DNA from: Phoronis australis
Taxonomy: Eukaryota; Animalia; Phoronida
Assembly: GCA_002633005.1 (NCBI GenBank)
Contig: NMRA01000159.1
Span: 124,001 to 188,000, forward strand
Direction of reading: 5' to 3'
Length of the DNA stretch: 64,000 nt
The notes beneath the pieces were generated by a model. It saw only the letters and a program-made list of their open reading frames with translations. It did not search any database and was not told the DNA's origin. Below, piece by piece: positions 51,782-63,899 of this stretch; position 1 is the first letter of the stretch, and each line of letters begins with the position of its first letter. The translations under genes and the position numbers were made by a program.

Positions 51782-54470
51782 AAACTGGCTGCCCGACACC
51801 TTCTCACTTCAAGCTCTATCAGTATCGTTCTCAAGACGAAGACTTGAGAATAGACTCCTACGTCCCAGAGACAAATTAAAGGCGCAGAGCGTGTACTCCA
51901 TTAACAGTTCAACACTTCTCCGTTCTTGCTCATCGATCAACTAAGCTACACGTTGGCAGATTTCAATGTCTGTACGCCATCTTGTTGAGGAGTCTTTCTG
52001 TTGTTCTTTCTCTGGAAATGCTTTACATCAATCCCGTCTTGTAGTGAAAATGATGTCAGAAAAAGACAATTTCCCCCAAGTACGAAATATCGTAGCACTC
52101 AGTTGACACCTCACAGTTGTGAACCTGCTGGGGCCAATTACTGGAACTATTCACCCCTCTACTACATGAGTGGAATTCATTTGGACTGTTTACGATCGAC
52201 ATCAGCGCCTTGTTCCACAGCCCGACAAGTCAGTAGAAGAGATGATCAACAAACGAGACAATGCATAAGGCAATGCACAGTTGTATGCACATAATGGTCA
52301 TACTCAGTCTTTAGTATATATTTGAGTAAGAAATCTTGACTGAACAGTTCTTTCAAGAACGATTCATTGAACAGACGGCAGTTCTTCGTCAAGTAAAGAT
52401 TCAAGTTTCAGTCTCAGTCTAGTCTTCAAGTTTAGAGATTAGACCCTGGACCCTGAACTGTACAAACCTTGTTGTAAAAGAACGGCTGATTGAAGAATCG
52501 GTGAACAAACGACATTTTCTTTTAGGTGACGCTCTGTTTCAAAGCAAGTATGCTGAATTCTAGAAATATATGAGATGAACTTTTGAGTCATTGTTCAGGT
52601 CATCGTGCCAACTAGGACATTGCCTGGTGGGTGTTATGTTGTTCTCTCGAGTCCAACTATTAAACAGGCTTCCCGACACCTCCTCGCTGCAAGCACTACA
52701 AAAGACAATTTAAGAGTGTAGTACGGCTCGCAGCAGGCAAAAATGCCCAGAGTGGTGATAAAACCAACGTCACCGATTTGAACCATACTATGCATTTTAG
52801 TTACCTTTGGTATGATAAACAAAACAGTAAACTCCAATCTCATTTTACCTTGTTTAAGGGGAAGAAATCAGGGAGCCTCTATTTGGGGGTATACCATGCA
52901 ATGAACTCACCGAATATGCCTTATTTGCACTGCACAATAAAAAATATCGGCGCACAAGATCATTATTTGGTTGTAATTTATAAATAAAGCAAGTCTTCGG
53001 CTTCACAAAGATGTTAAACAATACTCATTAACTCTACCGCTAATTAAAAAATTTCAGGCATAAAGTATAGAGGGGTCAGAGGTTAACAAGGCATTGCAAT
53101 TTCGCCACACTTTGAGCACGTATATCTCAGCTGTCACAACACTGATCAACACCAGACTTTTACACAAGACGTTTCTATCTTATTACTGTTGATTAATACA
53201 GTAAAATCTTCTGGCGCTGAGCATTTTATTATAGGAATTGCAAGATTGCGACAACCACCTGAGTAGAAATTACCTTCAATACCGATACCTGTTTGGAACA
53301 TTACAACACCAGTAAAGTGCATAGTTTTGATTCAAAAGTTGATTTATTAATATTTAGTTTAGTGTAATTAAGTCAGGTGCAATTGGTTAAGGTATTTTTC
53401 CTTTTTAATTAAAATTCCGCGTTTTTCGTGAACCCAGTGTCCAACAACAGGTGTCACTTTAGTGGTGGCAAAATGGATGATCCTGACTTGCTGTGTTATT
53501 TGCTATTATGATGGAGTGTGATGAAGTGTGTGGAACCTCAAAACAATGTCCTCTGCACATGTGTGAAACCTTGATGCGGCATAAAGTGAGTACCAAACCA
53601 CCACACCTACATACTGTGCGGCAACTGATTTTGGCGAGAGTCGGACAATTTATAAATGCGAAATGCGTGTTCACCGGACCCGTGTCACGCCTGTGTGACT
53701 GCGTCCAAGGCAAGGGCAAGACACCGGGCTCATCTTGGAATTCTGTGGAAACCAGGTAGACTCTGCAAACACCCATTTCATTAGCGGTAGCTCGCGTGCC
53801 AAGCCTGAAGTGGGGATGCTGGTTGAAATGTCTAAAGTCAACTTACTTCCACAGGAACTCAACAGGTCAATGCACATTGGCGGATTAAGGGGGGGGGCAG
53901 GGGGCCCGGCCCCCCCTCCTTGGCTACCGCAAAAAAATAAAACAGCAAGAGCGTAAGGAAATGTAGTTAAAATTATATGGATGAAACAAGATTTAAATGT
54001 GTGCAGTTTTAGTGTTTGGGGGGGGGGGAGGCTCAGATCCAATTTCAAGTGTCAAATTCGAAACACGGCGCATTCGTAACGACTGGCAGTAGCGCTGCGC
54101 ACTACGACTCCGTTACCGTCGTCTGCTCCACTGAAAATGGAACCTGAGTGACAATGAAAAAACAGAAGCTGCTAGTAAGATGTGAATTTTAATCGAAGCC
54201 TTTGTGAATCACTCAGAAACTCGTAATTTTCTCTTTGTCAAGCCTTAACTTAACACGATTTCCAAAGCAATCCCGTCATTATTGCCAACACGAAAAACGG
54301 ATTTGGTTTTTGGGCATTTGAAGACTATTTTAAATACAACAAATTTGTTAAGAACCGATTGCACAAAATATAAAACGTGTAATAAGCATTACAAAAAGAA
54401 GTAGGTTTCGCGCGCAAACGCTGTGGACCATAAACAAGTAGGTATCTTAGAATGAGATTAGTAGTAAAAA

Positions 54471-54536
54471 TTGTGGTGGTGTAGTGGTAAAGCACGCGCG
54501 CACTAACCGCCAGGTCGTGAGTTCGAGTCTGTGGTA
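54471..54536 (+). other. tRNA-derived SINE head or tRNA pseudogene
   Basis: A-box-like TGGTGTAGTGGTAA and B-box GGTCGTGAGTTCGAGTC at tRNA spacing, but no closed acceptor stem. Confidence 0.55.
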
Positions 54537-57233
54537 CTTACTGTTTTTCTGTTTGACAGGTTCTCCGTGTTTTTTTTGTCTTTTTCTTGGATAATACTTC
54601 AGGAATCAAGGAAAATGCTTGATTTTTAGAGGAAAAAACAGAAAAATCTCCTAGGCGGGAGGGGAGCAAATCCGGACAAAATGTTGGCCCCCCTTGTGAT
54701 ATCCTAGATCCGCCACTGTTGGCAATGGTACTGGTCATGTAATTGCAAAAAACTTCAGTGCTGTGGAAAATTACTAGTCTTTTACATTTCGCCTGTGTTG
54801 CCGAACACCCGACCAAACACAGCCGACTACGATTAGCAGACGACGTACTTGCTGGAAGTAAAACATGCTGATTTTTATCCTCTGACACAGCGCCACCTAT
54901 ACTGAAAAGTAAAGTGGAAGCATGATGAGCGACACACGGAATTCCGTGTATGGGTATCAATGCGCATGCTTGGTCGGAAATTTACCGATCACATCGCCAC
55001 CACTTGCACACGCCTTCTATGCACTGTACTTGTTTAGGCTTAAGGCACTGGATCGGTGTTTCTTTTGTTTACTTCAATCACTGTGCCCGTTTTAATAAAT
55101 TACAACTAATTAAGTCCGAGGTGGTCGCAAAATTGCGAAACAGTAAACTGAAAGGGGTTTCCCAGATTTCAACCAGTGGGAACGACTGAGTGTTATGATG
55201 TCGGTTTCATTACTATAACCAATGAGAAGCCATGTTAAACAACATTCCACAGTGCTACTTTTCGTAGCACCGTGAGAGAGTGTACTACGAGGTGTCGTTA
55301 GTAAATAATGACGTCACGGCTTATGCGTAAGATCACACATATCGTTCATTGAAAATATACGGAGTTAGCGGTCCATGTACTATAGTCTGTGGTCTCAACA
55401 AGAGCCGTTTTCTGAGTTTCCTGAAGTTAAAATTTGCCTTGTGTTTGGAAGTTTTTCCTTATACATGTATTTTGCCACTTTCTTGAGATTATTCTTATTT
55501 TACCTATCAGACTAGCTATCTGGCTTACTTTTTCCTTGGCGGTTAGGATATTAAACCGTGTGCCATAACACATTACAGCGTTCTTTCGTTCAGTAACTTT
55601 TCCAGACGTGAGGGGTGCTGAACGTGGGATAACAGCTGGCTGTTTTGTTAACTGCCCAGCTCTGTCTTTTGTCCCGTATGATAACAAGCAGGCCAATTAT
55701 CTCCCAGGCTTCAAAGGAAACGTATGGTGGTTGCACGCTATTACCGAACGCGATGAACACGGTCAAACCCAGTGCTTCCGTTTGGACAGAATAGATTGTC
55801 TTCACTTCTGTTGTAGTCGGGCAATTTTGGTGATTCAAAAACGAAACATGATCACCATTTGACAAGAAATTCAGAAATTTTATTGATTTAAGCTCAAATA
55901 TGTTATAACTTAACTTTCATTTTTGATAGCACAGCCCAGTCAGGCTAGATACGATCTGATCGGAGATTAGAGCAAATATCGAACAAAAGAGCGCAGCCTC
56001 CCAACCATAAATGTCAGAATGGAGTCGTGTAAGATATTGGCTACGGGAGTAAACTTCCCAACTTGTTGTTTTGCTATAGAATTGAACAAGTTGGGAGCAA
56101 CTGGATGTCGCCGTCTTGACGGCGAAATTAGAATTACATAATAGATCGAAATGTGCTTAGGCATGTCGATATCGAAATCGTTTGCTCCTGCATCGAGTTC
56201 GATTATAATTCGATTAATCGTCCCACCGTTATCAAAAGGCATTAGTTAATTTGAACAAGTCGATCGTTGCATGCGCCCCAGAATATGTTTAGCTAAAAAG
56301 CGTTGAAAGTGAAGTTCCATGGCCTACCGACTGGTGTATGAATTGAGTCAATTTCAAACCAAAGAAGAAATATTCAAGCTCTGATGGCATAATGTCATGA
56401 CCCACCACCAGTTTCCGAACACTTTCTTGCTATTTTCAGAAAATCACTTATTGTTGAATACCTGTCTTTGACTAAAGCGCAATGCTAAGCGGGTCAGGTG
56501 GTAATGGTACATTTGACATTGATTGCACTTGGTCAAAGAGCAATGATGAAAAAGTGACGCCTTGACAATTAACCTACAACGAATTTGATGAATATCAAAC
56601 TCTGGTACCGATTTCACACGGAATCAAATAGGTTTGGTGTCGTTTTAACTCCATATCCTGAAGATTTTGGCGGAAATTAGTGACTTATATTTGCAGTTGT
56701 TCATTGGAAACTTCTTTACCTGTCGAGAAATTCAAACATTTATTGAATGAATCATTGCATAAGCATAATGGTGAATCCTTGCACGCATCGGAGCGGGAGG
56801 CTGGCCGTAGGCAATACAACAAAGGGCAAATAACTCTCTGGAGACGGTTTGATCGAGAGAGCGGCGAAATATCTGGCTGAGTTGACGACACTTTTTTAGG
56901 AACCCCTTCCTGAGTTTGACCGTTCTGCCGTCTTAATTTTTGTCAACGTTAATGGCTATGACGTACAAAATTTGGTTGAGAGAACCAGTCATGCGGCAAA
57001 CTACAGTGACCTCCACACAAAGTGTCCTTACTAACAGGAGTCAACACCATGCAGGCGAAATATGACTTCAAACAACGTAAAACCAAATGATCGCAAAATA
57101 CTTGTATTTATGCTTAAAAACACAGAACTACACTTCAAAATGTAAAAGTTCTGCAAATACTCCACGGCACATAAATTAGAATAATTATTCCCCCAACCGG
57201 TGCTTTAATTGTAGTAGAGTCCCAAGTGAACTC

Positions 57234-60200
57234 TCAGTCCTCTGGTGAGGGGGCGCAACACAAAAGGCGTCGCCACCAGGATAGTCTTTTCTCGTTGTTT
57301 GTTCGTGACGGAGACTTATTCTTACGATTTTTCTTTTGTTTCAGATACCCGTGATCGTCATCAGTATATTCTTTTCTCACGCTAACGCTTTCATTGTTGA
57401 CAGAGGTGAGGTTGCCCATGCTGTCACCAGTAAAGTCATCGACACCTCCCTCGTTGCCATAAGAGGCATCGACAATGTCTCCATTGATAACGTCAGTTAC
57501 AAGTCCGTAGTTGTCGTCTGTGCCACGATATTCCCGCACTTCATTCGTAAAAGAACTTCCAGATTCAGTTTCAATATTTGTATCGTGCCCTGTGTCACCA
57601 TTTCCAAACAGAGTATCATGTCTTGGGACACCTCTACCTTGCGCAGTATCCTGCACAGGATCACCATTTCCATACGCAGTGTCATGTTCAGGGACAACAT
57701 TTCCGTACGGAGTATTTTCGTTGAGATCACCTTGTTCATGTGGAATGCCGTTGTCATGATCGCCCTTGCCATACGGAGTATCTTGCTGGGTCTCACCGTT
57801 TTTATATGAAATGTCGTTGTCGGGGTCACCATTTCTATACTGAGTATCACTGTGAAGACCGCTTTTTAAATACGGAGTATCATGCCATGGACCAATATTT
57901 CCTTTCGAAGTGTTAAGCTCAGGCTCACCATTATCACATGGTGCCTCATGTATAGAATCACGGTTGTCGTGTGAAGCGTCGAACCCATAATCACTTCTTT
58001 CATATGTAATACCAGGTCTGAGATCAACCTCATTACATGAATCGTCACGTTTGTCTTCATCATTTTCACCATGAGCATTGTTTCTGTCATTTACATTGAG
58101 AACAGCTTGTTCGTTTCCTTCGTCGCCACCTGCGCTATTTATCACCTGTCTAACAGTGCTATTTTTAATGTCACGAACGTACATGTCCATTCCATCGGTA
58201 ACATCAGCAAGGCGTCCGTTCGTGCCCTCGGTGGCATCATGTATGCATCTTTCTCCGTTAGCAGTCGCGTCAGCAATGTGCTCAAGTCCTTGAACTGCAA
58301 GTATACCGTCTGTTTCCTCTTTATATTTCGCCTGCATGGCGCCAACCAAGTTGGCAATTTCACTGTTTGCATTGAAGTTGTTCTTCTGATTCAATGCGTT
58401 TTTGCTATCCACTGTAGCAGTAGGAACAATACATGGTTTGAGATTTGTTTCTGAATTGATGATTGCAGCTGCCGTAGTTTTCTGATGCCCTTGTGGTATT
58501 TCTGGGATGTCGTCGAGAATGTCTTCATTATATTCACAGTGAACAGTTATGGTCTGTCCGTTTTCATCTACTTTAGTCAAAGTGATACTTGAATCTTCGT
58601 ATTCTTCACTCAAGTCATCATCTTCAAAATCTCCCAGCATGACGGAAATTATTGCTGTTATAATGTCCAAGAGGTTCTCTGTGAAATCTACTATATGTCG
58701 CTTGATAATATTCACAAACGGTGATATATACGCCATTAGAAACATCATCAAGTCTGCTAATACCCTAATAGGTACTTTTACTGCCATATTCAAATATGAA
58801 TTCTGACATCCTAGACCATCTTCTCCATACAGGGTATCATGTTCTGTGTCACCGTCTTTACACGGAATATCAATTAGTGTATCACCATTTCCACATGAAG
58901 TATCAAGTCTTGGATCACCTCTTCCACGCGAAGTATCCTTTACTGGATCACCATTATTATACACAGTGTCATTCTCAGGGACAACATTTCCATACCGAGT
59001 ATCTTGCTGAGTCTGACTGTTTTTATATGAAATGTCGTTGTCGGGATCACCATTTCTATACTGACTATAATTGTAACTATCTCCTTTTCGATACAGAGTA
59101 TCATGCCATGGACCACTATTTCCTTTCGAAGTATTATGCTCTGATTGACCATTATCACATGGTGCCTTAGGAATAGAAGCACGGTTGTCGTACGAAGTGT
59201 TGGACCCATGATCACTTCTTTCATATATAATACCAGGTCTGAGATCGCCTTCATTATATAGATCGTCACGCTTGTCTTCATCATTTTCATCATGAACATT
59301 GTTTCTGCCATTTACATTGAGAACAGCTTGTTCGTTTCCTTCTTCGCCACCTGCACTATTTATCACCCGTCCAACAGTGCTATTTTTAATGTCACGTACG
59401 TATCTGTCCATTCCATTGGTAACATCAGTAAGGAGTCCGTTCGTGCCCCCGGTGGCATCAAGTATGCATCTTTCTCCGTTAGCAGTCGTGTCACCAATGT
59501 GTTCACCGTATTCATAAACAGTGTCATGGTCAAGGACAACATTGCCATACGGAGTATCTTGCTGGGTCTCACCGTTTTTACATGAAATGTCGTTGTCAGG
59601 ATCACCATTTCTATGCTGACTATCAATGTATCTATCGCCCTTTCGATACGGATTATCATGCCATGAACCACTGTTTCCTTTCGAAGTATTATGGTCAGGG
59701 TCACCACTATCACATGGTGCCTCATGTATAGAAGCACGGTTGTCGTGTGAAGCGTCAGACCCATGATCACTTCTTTCATATATAATACCAGGTCTGGGAT
59801 AACCCTCATTACATGGATCGTCACGCTTGTCTTCATCATTTTCATCATCAGCATTTTTTCTGTCATTTACATTGAAAATAGCTTGTTCGTTTCCTTCGTC
59901 GCCACCTGCGCTATTTATCACCCGTCCAACAGTGCTATTTTTAATGTCGCGTACGTACCTGTCCGTTCCATCGGTAACATCAGTGAGGCGGCCGTTCTTG
60001 CTCTCGGTGGCATCAAGTATGCATCTTTCTCCGTTAGCAGTCGCGTCAGCAATGCGTTCATCGTATTCATAAACAGTGTCATGCTCAAGGACAACATTGC
60101 CATACGGAGTATCTTGCTGGGTCTCACCGTTTTTACATGAAATGTCGTTGTCGGGATCACCATTTCTATGCTGACTATCAATGTAACTATCGCCCTTTCG

Positions 60201-61112
60201 ATACGGAGCATCAAGCCATGAACCACTGTTTCCTTTCGAAGTATTAAAATCAGGGTCACCATTATCACATGGTGCATCATGTATAGAAGCACGGTTGTCG
60301 TGTGAAGCGCCAGACCCATAATCACTTCTTTCAATACCAGGTCTGAGATCACCCTCATTACATGAATCGTCACCCATGTCTTCATCATTTTCACCATGAG
60401 CATTGTTTCTGTCATTTATATTGAGAAAAGCTTGTTCGTTTCCTTCGTCGCCACCTGCGCTATTTATCACCCGTCCAACAGTGCTATTTTTAATGTCACG
60501 CGCGTACCTGTCCATTCCATCGGTAACATCAGTAAGGCGGCCGTTCGTGCCCTCGGTGGCATCAAGTATGCATCTTTCTCTGTTAGCAGTCGAGTCAGCA
60601 ATGTGCTCCAGTCCTTGAACTGCAAGTATACCGTCTGTTTCCTCTTTATATTTTGCCTGAAGTTGCATCGCGCCAACCTCGTTGGCAATTTCACTGTTTT
60701 CATTTAAGTTGTTCTTCTGATTCAAAGTGCTTTTGCTATCCACTGTAGCAGTAGGAAAAATACATGGTTTGAGATTTGTTTCTGAATTGATGATTGCGGC
60801 TGCTGTAGTTTCCTGATGATCCTGTGGTATTTCTGACATGTCGTCGAGAATGTCTTCAATATATTCATAGTGAACCGTTTCTGTCTGCCCCTTTTCATCT
60901 ACTTTAGTCAAAACGATACTTGAATCTTCATATTCCTCGCTCAAGTCATCATCTTCAAAATCTCCCAGCGTGACGGAAATTATTTCTGTTGTAATGTCTA
61001 AGAGATTCTTTGTGATTGATAGTATATGTCGCTTGATAATATTCACAAACGCTGATATATACGCCATTAGAAAGACCATCAAGTCTACTAATACCCTGAT
61101 GGGTACTGCCAT
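57234..61112 (-). CDS. Gene D: intronless ~1292-aa acidic (D/N/G/E-rich) repetitive protein with hydrophobic N-terminal helix and basic/WWRRLLCC C-terminus; family not recognised
   Basis: A 3.9-kb uninterrupted ORF in AT-rich DNA, with the first ATG at 61112 (the ORF track starts at TTG 61118). Internal ~550-bp repeats differ only by indels that are multiples of 3. Confidence 0.8.
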   Translation of the reverse strand: MAVPIRVLVDLMVFLMAYISAFVNIIKRHILSITKNLLDITTEIISVTLGDFEDDDLSEEYEDSSIVLTKVDEKGQTETVHYEYIEDILDDMSEIPQDHQETTAAAIINSETNLKPCIFPTATVDSKSTLNQKNNLNENSEIANEVGAMQLQAKYKEETDGILAVQGLEHIADSTANRERCILDATEGTNGRLTDVTDGMDRYARDIKNSTVGRVINSAGGDEGNEQAFLNINDRNNAHGENDEDMGDDSCNEGDLRPGIERSDYGSGASHDNRASIHDAPCDNGDPDFNTSKGNSGSWLDAPYRKGDSYIDSQHRNGDPDNDISCKNGETQQDTPYGNVVLEHDTVYEYDERIADATANGERCILDATESKNGRLTDVTDGTDRYVRDIKNSTVGRVINSAGGDEGNEQAIFNVNDRKNADDENDEDKRDDPCNEGYPRPGIIYERSDHGSDASHDNRASIHEAPCDSGDPDHNTSKGNSGSWHDNPYRKGDRYIDSQHRNGDPDNDISCKNGETQQDTPYGNVVLDHDTVYEYGEHIGDTTANGERCILDATGGTNGLLTDVTNGMDRYVRDIKNSTVGRVINSAGGEEGNEQAVLNVNGRNNVHDENDEDKRDDLYNEGDLRPGIIYERSDHGSNTSYDNRASIPKAPCDNGQSEHNTSKGNSGPWHDTLYRKGDSYNYSQYRNGDPDNDISYKNSQTQQDTRYGNVVPENDTVYNNGDPVKDTSRGRGDPRLDTSCGNGDTLIDIPCKDGDTEHDTLYGEDGLGCQNSYLNMAVKVPIRVLADLMMFLMAYISPFVNIIKRHIVDFTENLLDIITAIISVMLGDFEDDDLSEEYEDSSITLTKVDENGQTITVHCEYNEDILDDIPEIPQGHQKTTAAAIINSETNLKPCIVPTATVDSKNALNQKNNFNANSEIANLVGAMQAKYKEETDGILAVQGLEHIADATANGERCIHDATEGTNGRLADVTDGMDMYVRDIKNSTVRQVINSAGGDEGNEQAVLNVNDRNNAHGENDEDKRDDSCNEVDLRPGITYERSDYGFDASHDNRDSIHEAPCDNGEPELNTSKGNIGPWHDTPYLKSGLHSDTQYRNGDPDNDISYKNGETQQDTPYGKGDHDNGIPHEQGDLNENTPYGNVVPEHDTAYGNGDPVQDTAQGRGVPRHDTLFGNGDTGHDTNIETESGSSFTNEVREYRGTDDNYGLVTDVINGDIVDASYGNEGGVDDFTGDSMGNLTSVNNESVSVRKEYTDDDHGYLKQKKNRKNKSPSRTNNEKRLSWWRRLLCCAPSPED

Positions 61113-61128
61113 ATTCAAATATGAATAA

Positions 61129-61153
61129 TGACGTCATCAATACGTTGACGTCA
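61129..61153. promoter_or_regulatory. Tandem CRE palindromes (TGACGTCA x2) immediately upstream of gene D
   Basis: Perfect TGACGTCA at 61129-61136 and 61146-61153, 17-41 nt upstream of the ATG at 61112. Confidence 0.4.
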
Positions 61154-62219
61154 CATACGCAATACACACTAATGAACTCGAGAGTGTGAAGCAATTTTGC
61201 GACAACGGCGAAATTTTATACTAGTAGACGTAATGTTCAAAGAATCCACACTTTTAGTTTTAGGCGCTGTGTTTGGAAAATAAAGTGACTGCGCTTTTGA
61301 CTGCATGCAAACAGCAACATATATAAGATAATGATAAATTATGCATTCCGTTTCATGGCGATACAAAACCTTATACATTCTTAGGAAATTCACTCGGTTT
61401 GCCGTCCTTTGCATACCTTTAGGCAATAATTGTGCCAGCCTAAGTTGAATTCTGATCTATATCGTTATGGCAACTTTTAGATAATAACCTTTCGTGAAAT
61501 GCAACATTTCACCCGTTTAGAACACGGAATTGAATAGTTTCATGAATCGAGAGAATATACTAAAATTTCTTAAAAAACAGTACTGCACGTGCTTGTTACT
61601 GGCAACTCACAGTGCTGAAAAAAATCCAGTACCATTTAACATTCCGGCCAACCCGCGATCGAGAACGCCCGGAAGGCGATCGAGAACGAAATCTGGCGCC
61701 AGTAGCGAAGCCAGACAAGGTGTGTAAATTTGATGAATTTTCGTTGCTTTTAGTTTCAACGTGAAAACAGAGACACGAGTTCAAGGCGTAACACATTGAG
61801 GAAGGACAGGTACAGGTTTGGCCATTGTCTGTTCCAATTATTGGAGAAAAGTTAAGTTAACCGATACCATTGCATGAGCGGAAGGTGATTTATACGTCAT
61901 TTTGGCAAACTGCAGTCATTCTTGGCACTATATCAATAAATTTGTCATGAATTTATGAAGAAGTGACGTCTGGAAATATAACGCAACGCTTGTTTTTCGT
62001 ATTCTTGTCAGGATCTCTGAATTTCCAACAGTTTTCTGTTGAAAGAAGCGATCGAGAACGCAATGATAAGCAATCGGGAACGCATTGTGGTGTGTAGAAC
62101 AATTATTAGCTTTTTATTTAGAAAACGTGAAGAAGGTTACAAAATAAGATTGGTGCATTTTGTGTCATTACTGTGTTACTGCCGTATCAAAACTAAACAA
62201 CATAGCATATTACCATTAA

Positions 62220-63899
62220 AGGAGCATGCCACCCAAAATCAACCTAATTTGTATCAATTTAGATCGAGTAGTTCTACTCGATAACGGCACGTACGGTTGC
62301 GTTACCTGACACCTGACGGCAGACGGAGGTGTTGAAATTATCCAGTGACGTAATCGGTTTCACTCGCAGTCTGTTCAGCAGTTCACAACATGGGTTCCTG
62401 GTGTCAGCTTATCGCTTGAAGTCATCGTTTAACACCAATAAATCATCAAACTGCGATGTGAAACCATTAAAAATAAACCGAGTTCTTATAAAAACTTGTT
62501 GTTTTATCTCGCTCTGACGGATTTATTGGTATTTGGACACACCGTAGCCTACAAAGTTCGGCAGGTCCGGCAATAAGGTCCGGCGTAGCAGGAGTTTGGG
62601 GTCTGTTCGGAGATAATTTCGAAGTATTTTCCGTGAGATACAGACAGGAGAACCTAGATCTGTGTTGTTTAGACTTGTGATTTTTTTAGTTTTAAACACA
62701 AAACGCTTGTTATCCTGGCCAGTGGCTCGGAGCCCGATCAAGCCCGTGGAGGCCGCCCGGATTGATTCGTTTGATCCCGGCCAGTGGCTCGGAAACTGAT
62801 CAGACATCACGAAAATAAACCAGCCAAAGTTCAGTGGAAACTAAACTTCCAGTCAAGAAAATGCTACACTAGTGAGCCAAAGTAATGTGCACGTGATTAT
62901 GTTGGTGAATTAGCCACGAAACTGCAAATCTACTTACTGGTCGGGGGCCGCGAATTCACGTTCCGCTTTGGCCACAGCACCGTCAGAGCAGAAGTTGTAC
63001 ATTGACAATCATTATTTGAGTAATGTAAATGTAAATAAAGATTCCCTTAACACCTGCACGTGGGATGGAAATCGAGTTGTTTCACAACAGTTTCTGCCTG
63101 CAAACACTAAATTAGCATGAGCTTACACGGCCTCAGTGTCCCGTCAATTAGTTTTATTGCACTTAAAGCCGGTAAACGCAGTGATTTATCCATTGCTGGC
63201 TTTTCAAATCATTTGCACTCACGAACACTCCAAAGGCATCACAAATTGCATCTAATGAGACAGACTTTGTTTCAATTTTGTATAAGTATTGGTTAGGGTG
63301 AGAATAATTCATTTTGAAACAGAACCGTTCAGTACTAATTAACGCCAACATGGCAACTCGCAATCTCGACTTAGGACGGGATAGTCCCGACTTCGCAGGT
63401 GGATCGTTAAGTTTTACAGGCTATTGATTCGAACAGGAATACAGTGATGAAGAAATATTAGAGAGGCGCCGTGAAAAAGCTCAGACAACGGAAAGTATGG
63501 AGTTATTTGGTAAGCCAGCATTCGTCAGGCACTGTGGACGTCTGCAGGCCCGGGACAGACACGGAGATGTTTCACGGCCTCATACTTGCTATTTACAGCG
63601 TACATTTCATTTTTCACTACCATGAGCCACGTCCTAAGCATTTCGGACTCTCGAGGACGTAAAAAAAACGATATACCCGCTTTTCTCGCAGCTGCTTAGT
63701 TCGGACAAGCGGGAACGATGCACCGCAACATAGTGGCATTCACTCTGCATATGAACCACTGACGTCGCTAGCGCCGTTTCTCACCTTCCTCACAGGTTAA
63801 CGCGACACCTCTTGGCAAGGTCGACCGTATGCGAGGCGATGTGGATATAGACCGATTAAGACGGCAAAAAAGACTAATTAAATCGGGTGGCATTCTCCT
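62220..63899 (-). mobile_element. Kolobok-like DNA transposon (non-autonomous) with THAP remnant, copy 2
   Basis: TTAA(62216-19)|AGGAGCATGCCACCC...GGGTGGCATTCTCCT|TTAA(63900-03). Colinear with 5538-6977 plus ~240 bp of extra internal sequence. The minus strand reads MLRCIVPACPN*AAARKAGISFFLRPRESEMLRTWL...KHLRVC. Confidence 0.82.

Noticed and set aside
54471-54536. Functional tRNA gene
   Set aside because: A and B boxes are present, but the acceptor and anticodon stems do not pair; more likely SINE-derived.
55427-56891. Cluster of short ORFs on both strands
   Set aside because: No recognisable domain or consistent splice model; possibly a decayed transposase.
57336-60707. Multiple overlapping antisense and alternative-frame ORFs
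   Set aside because: Shadows of the repetitive gene D ORF.
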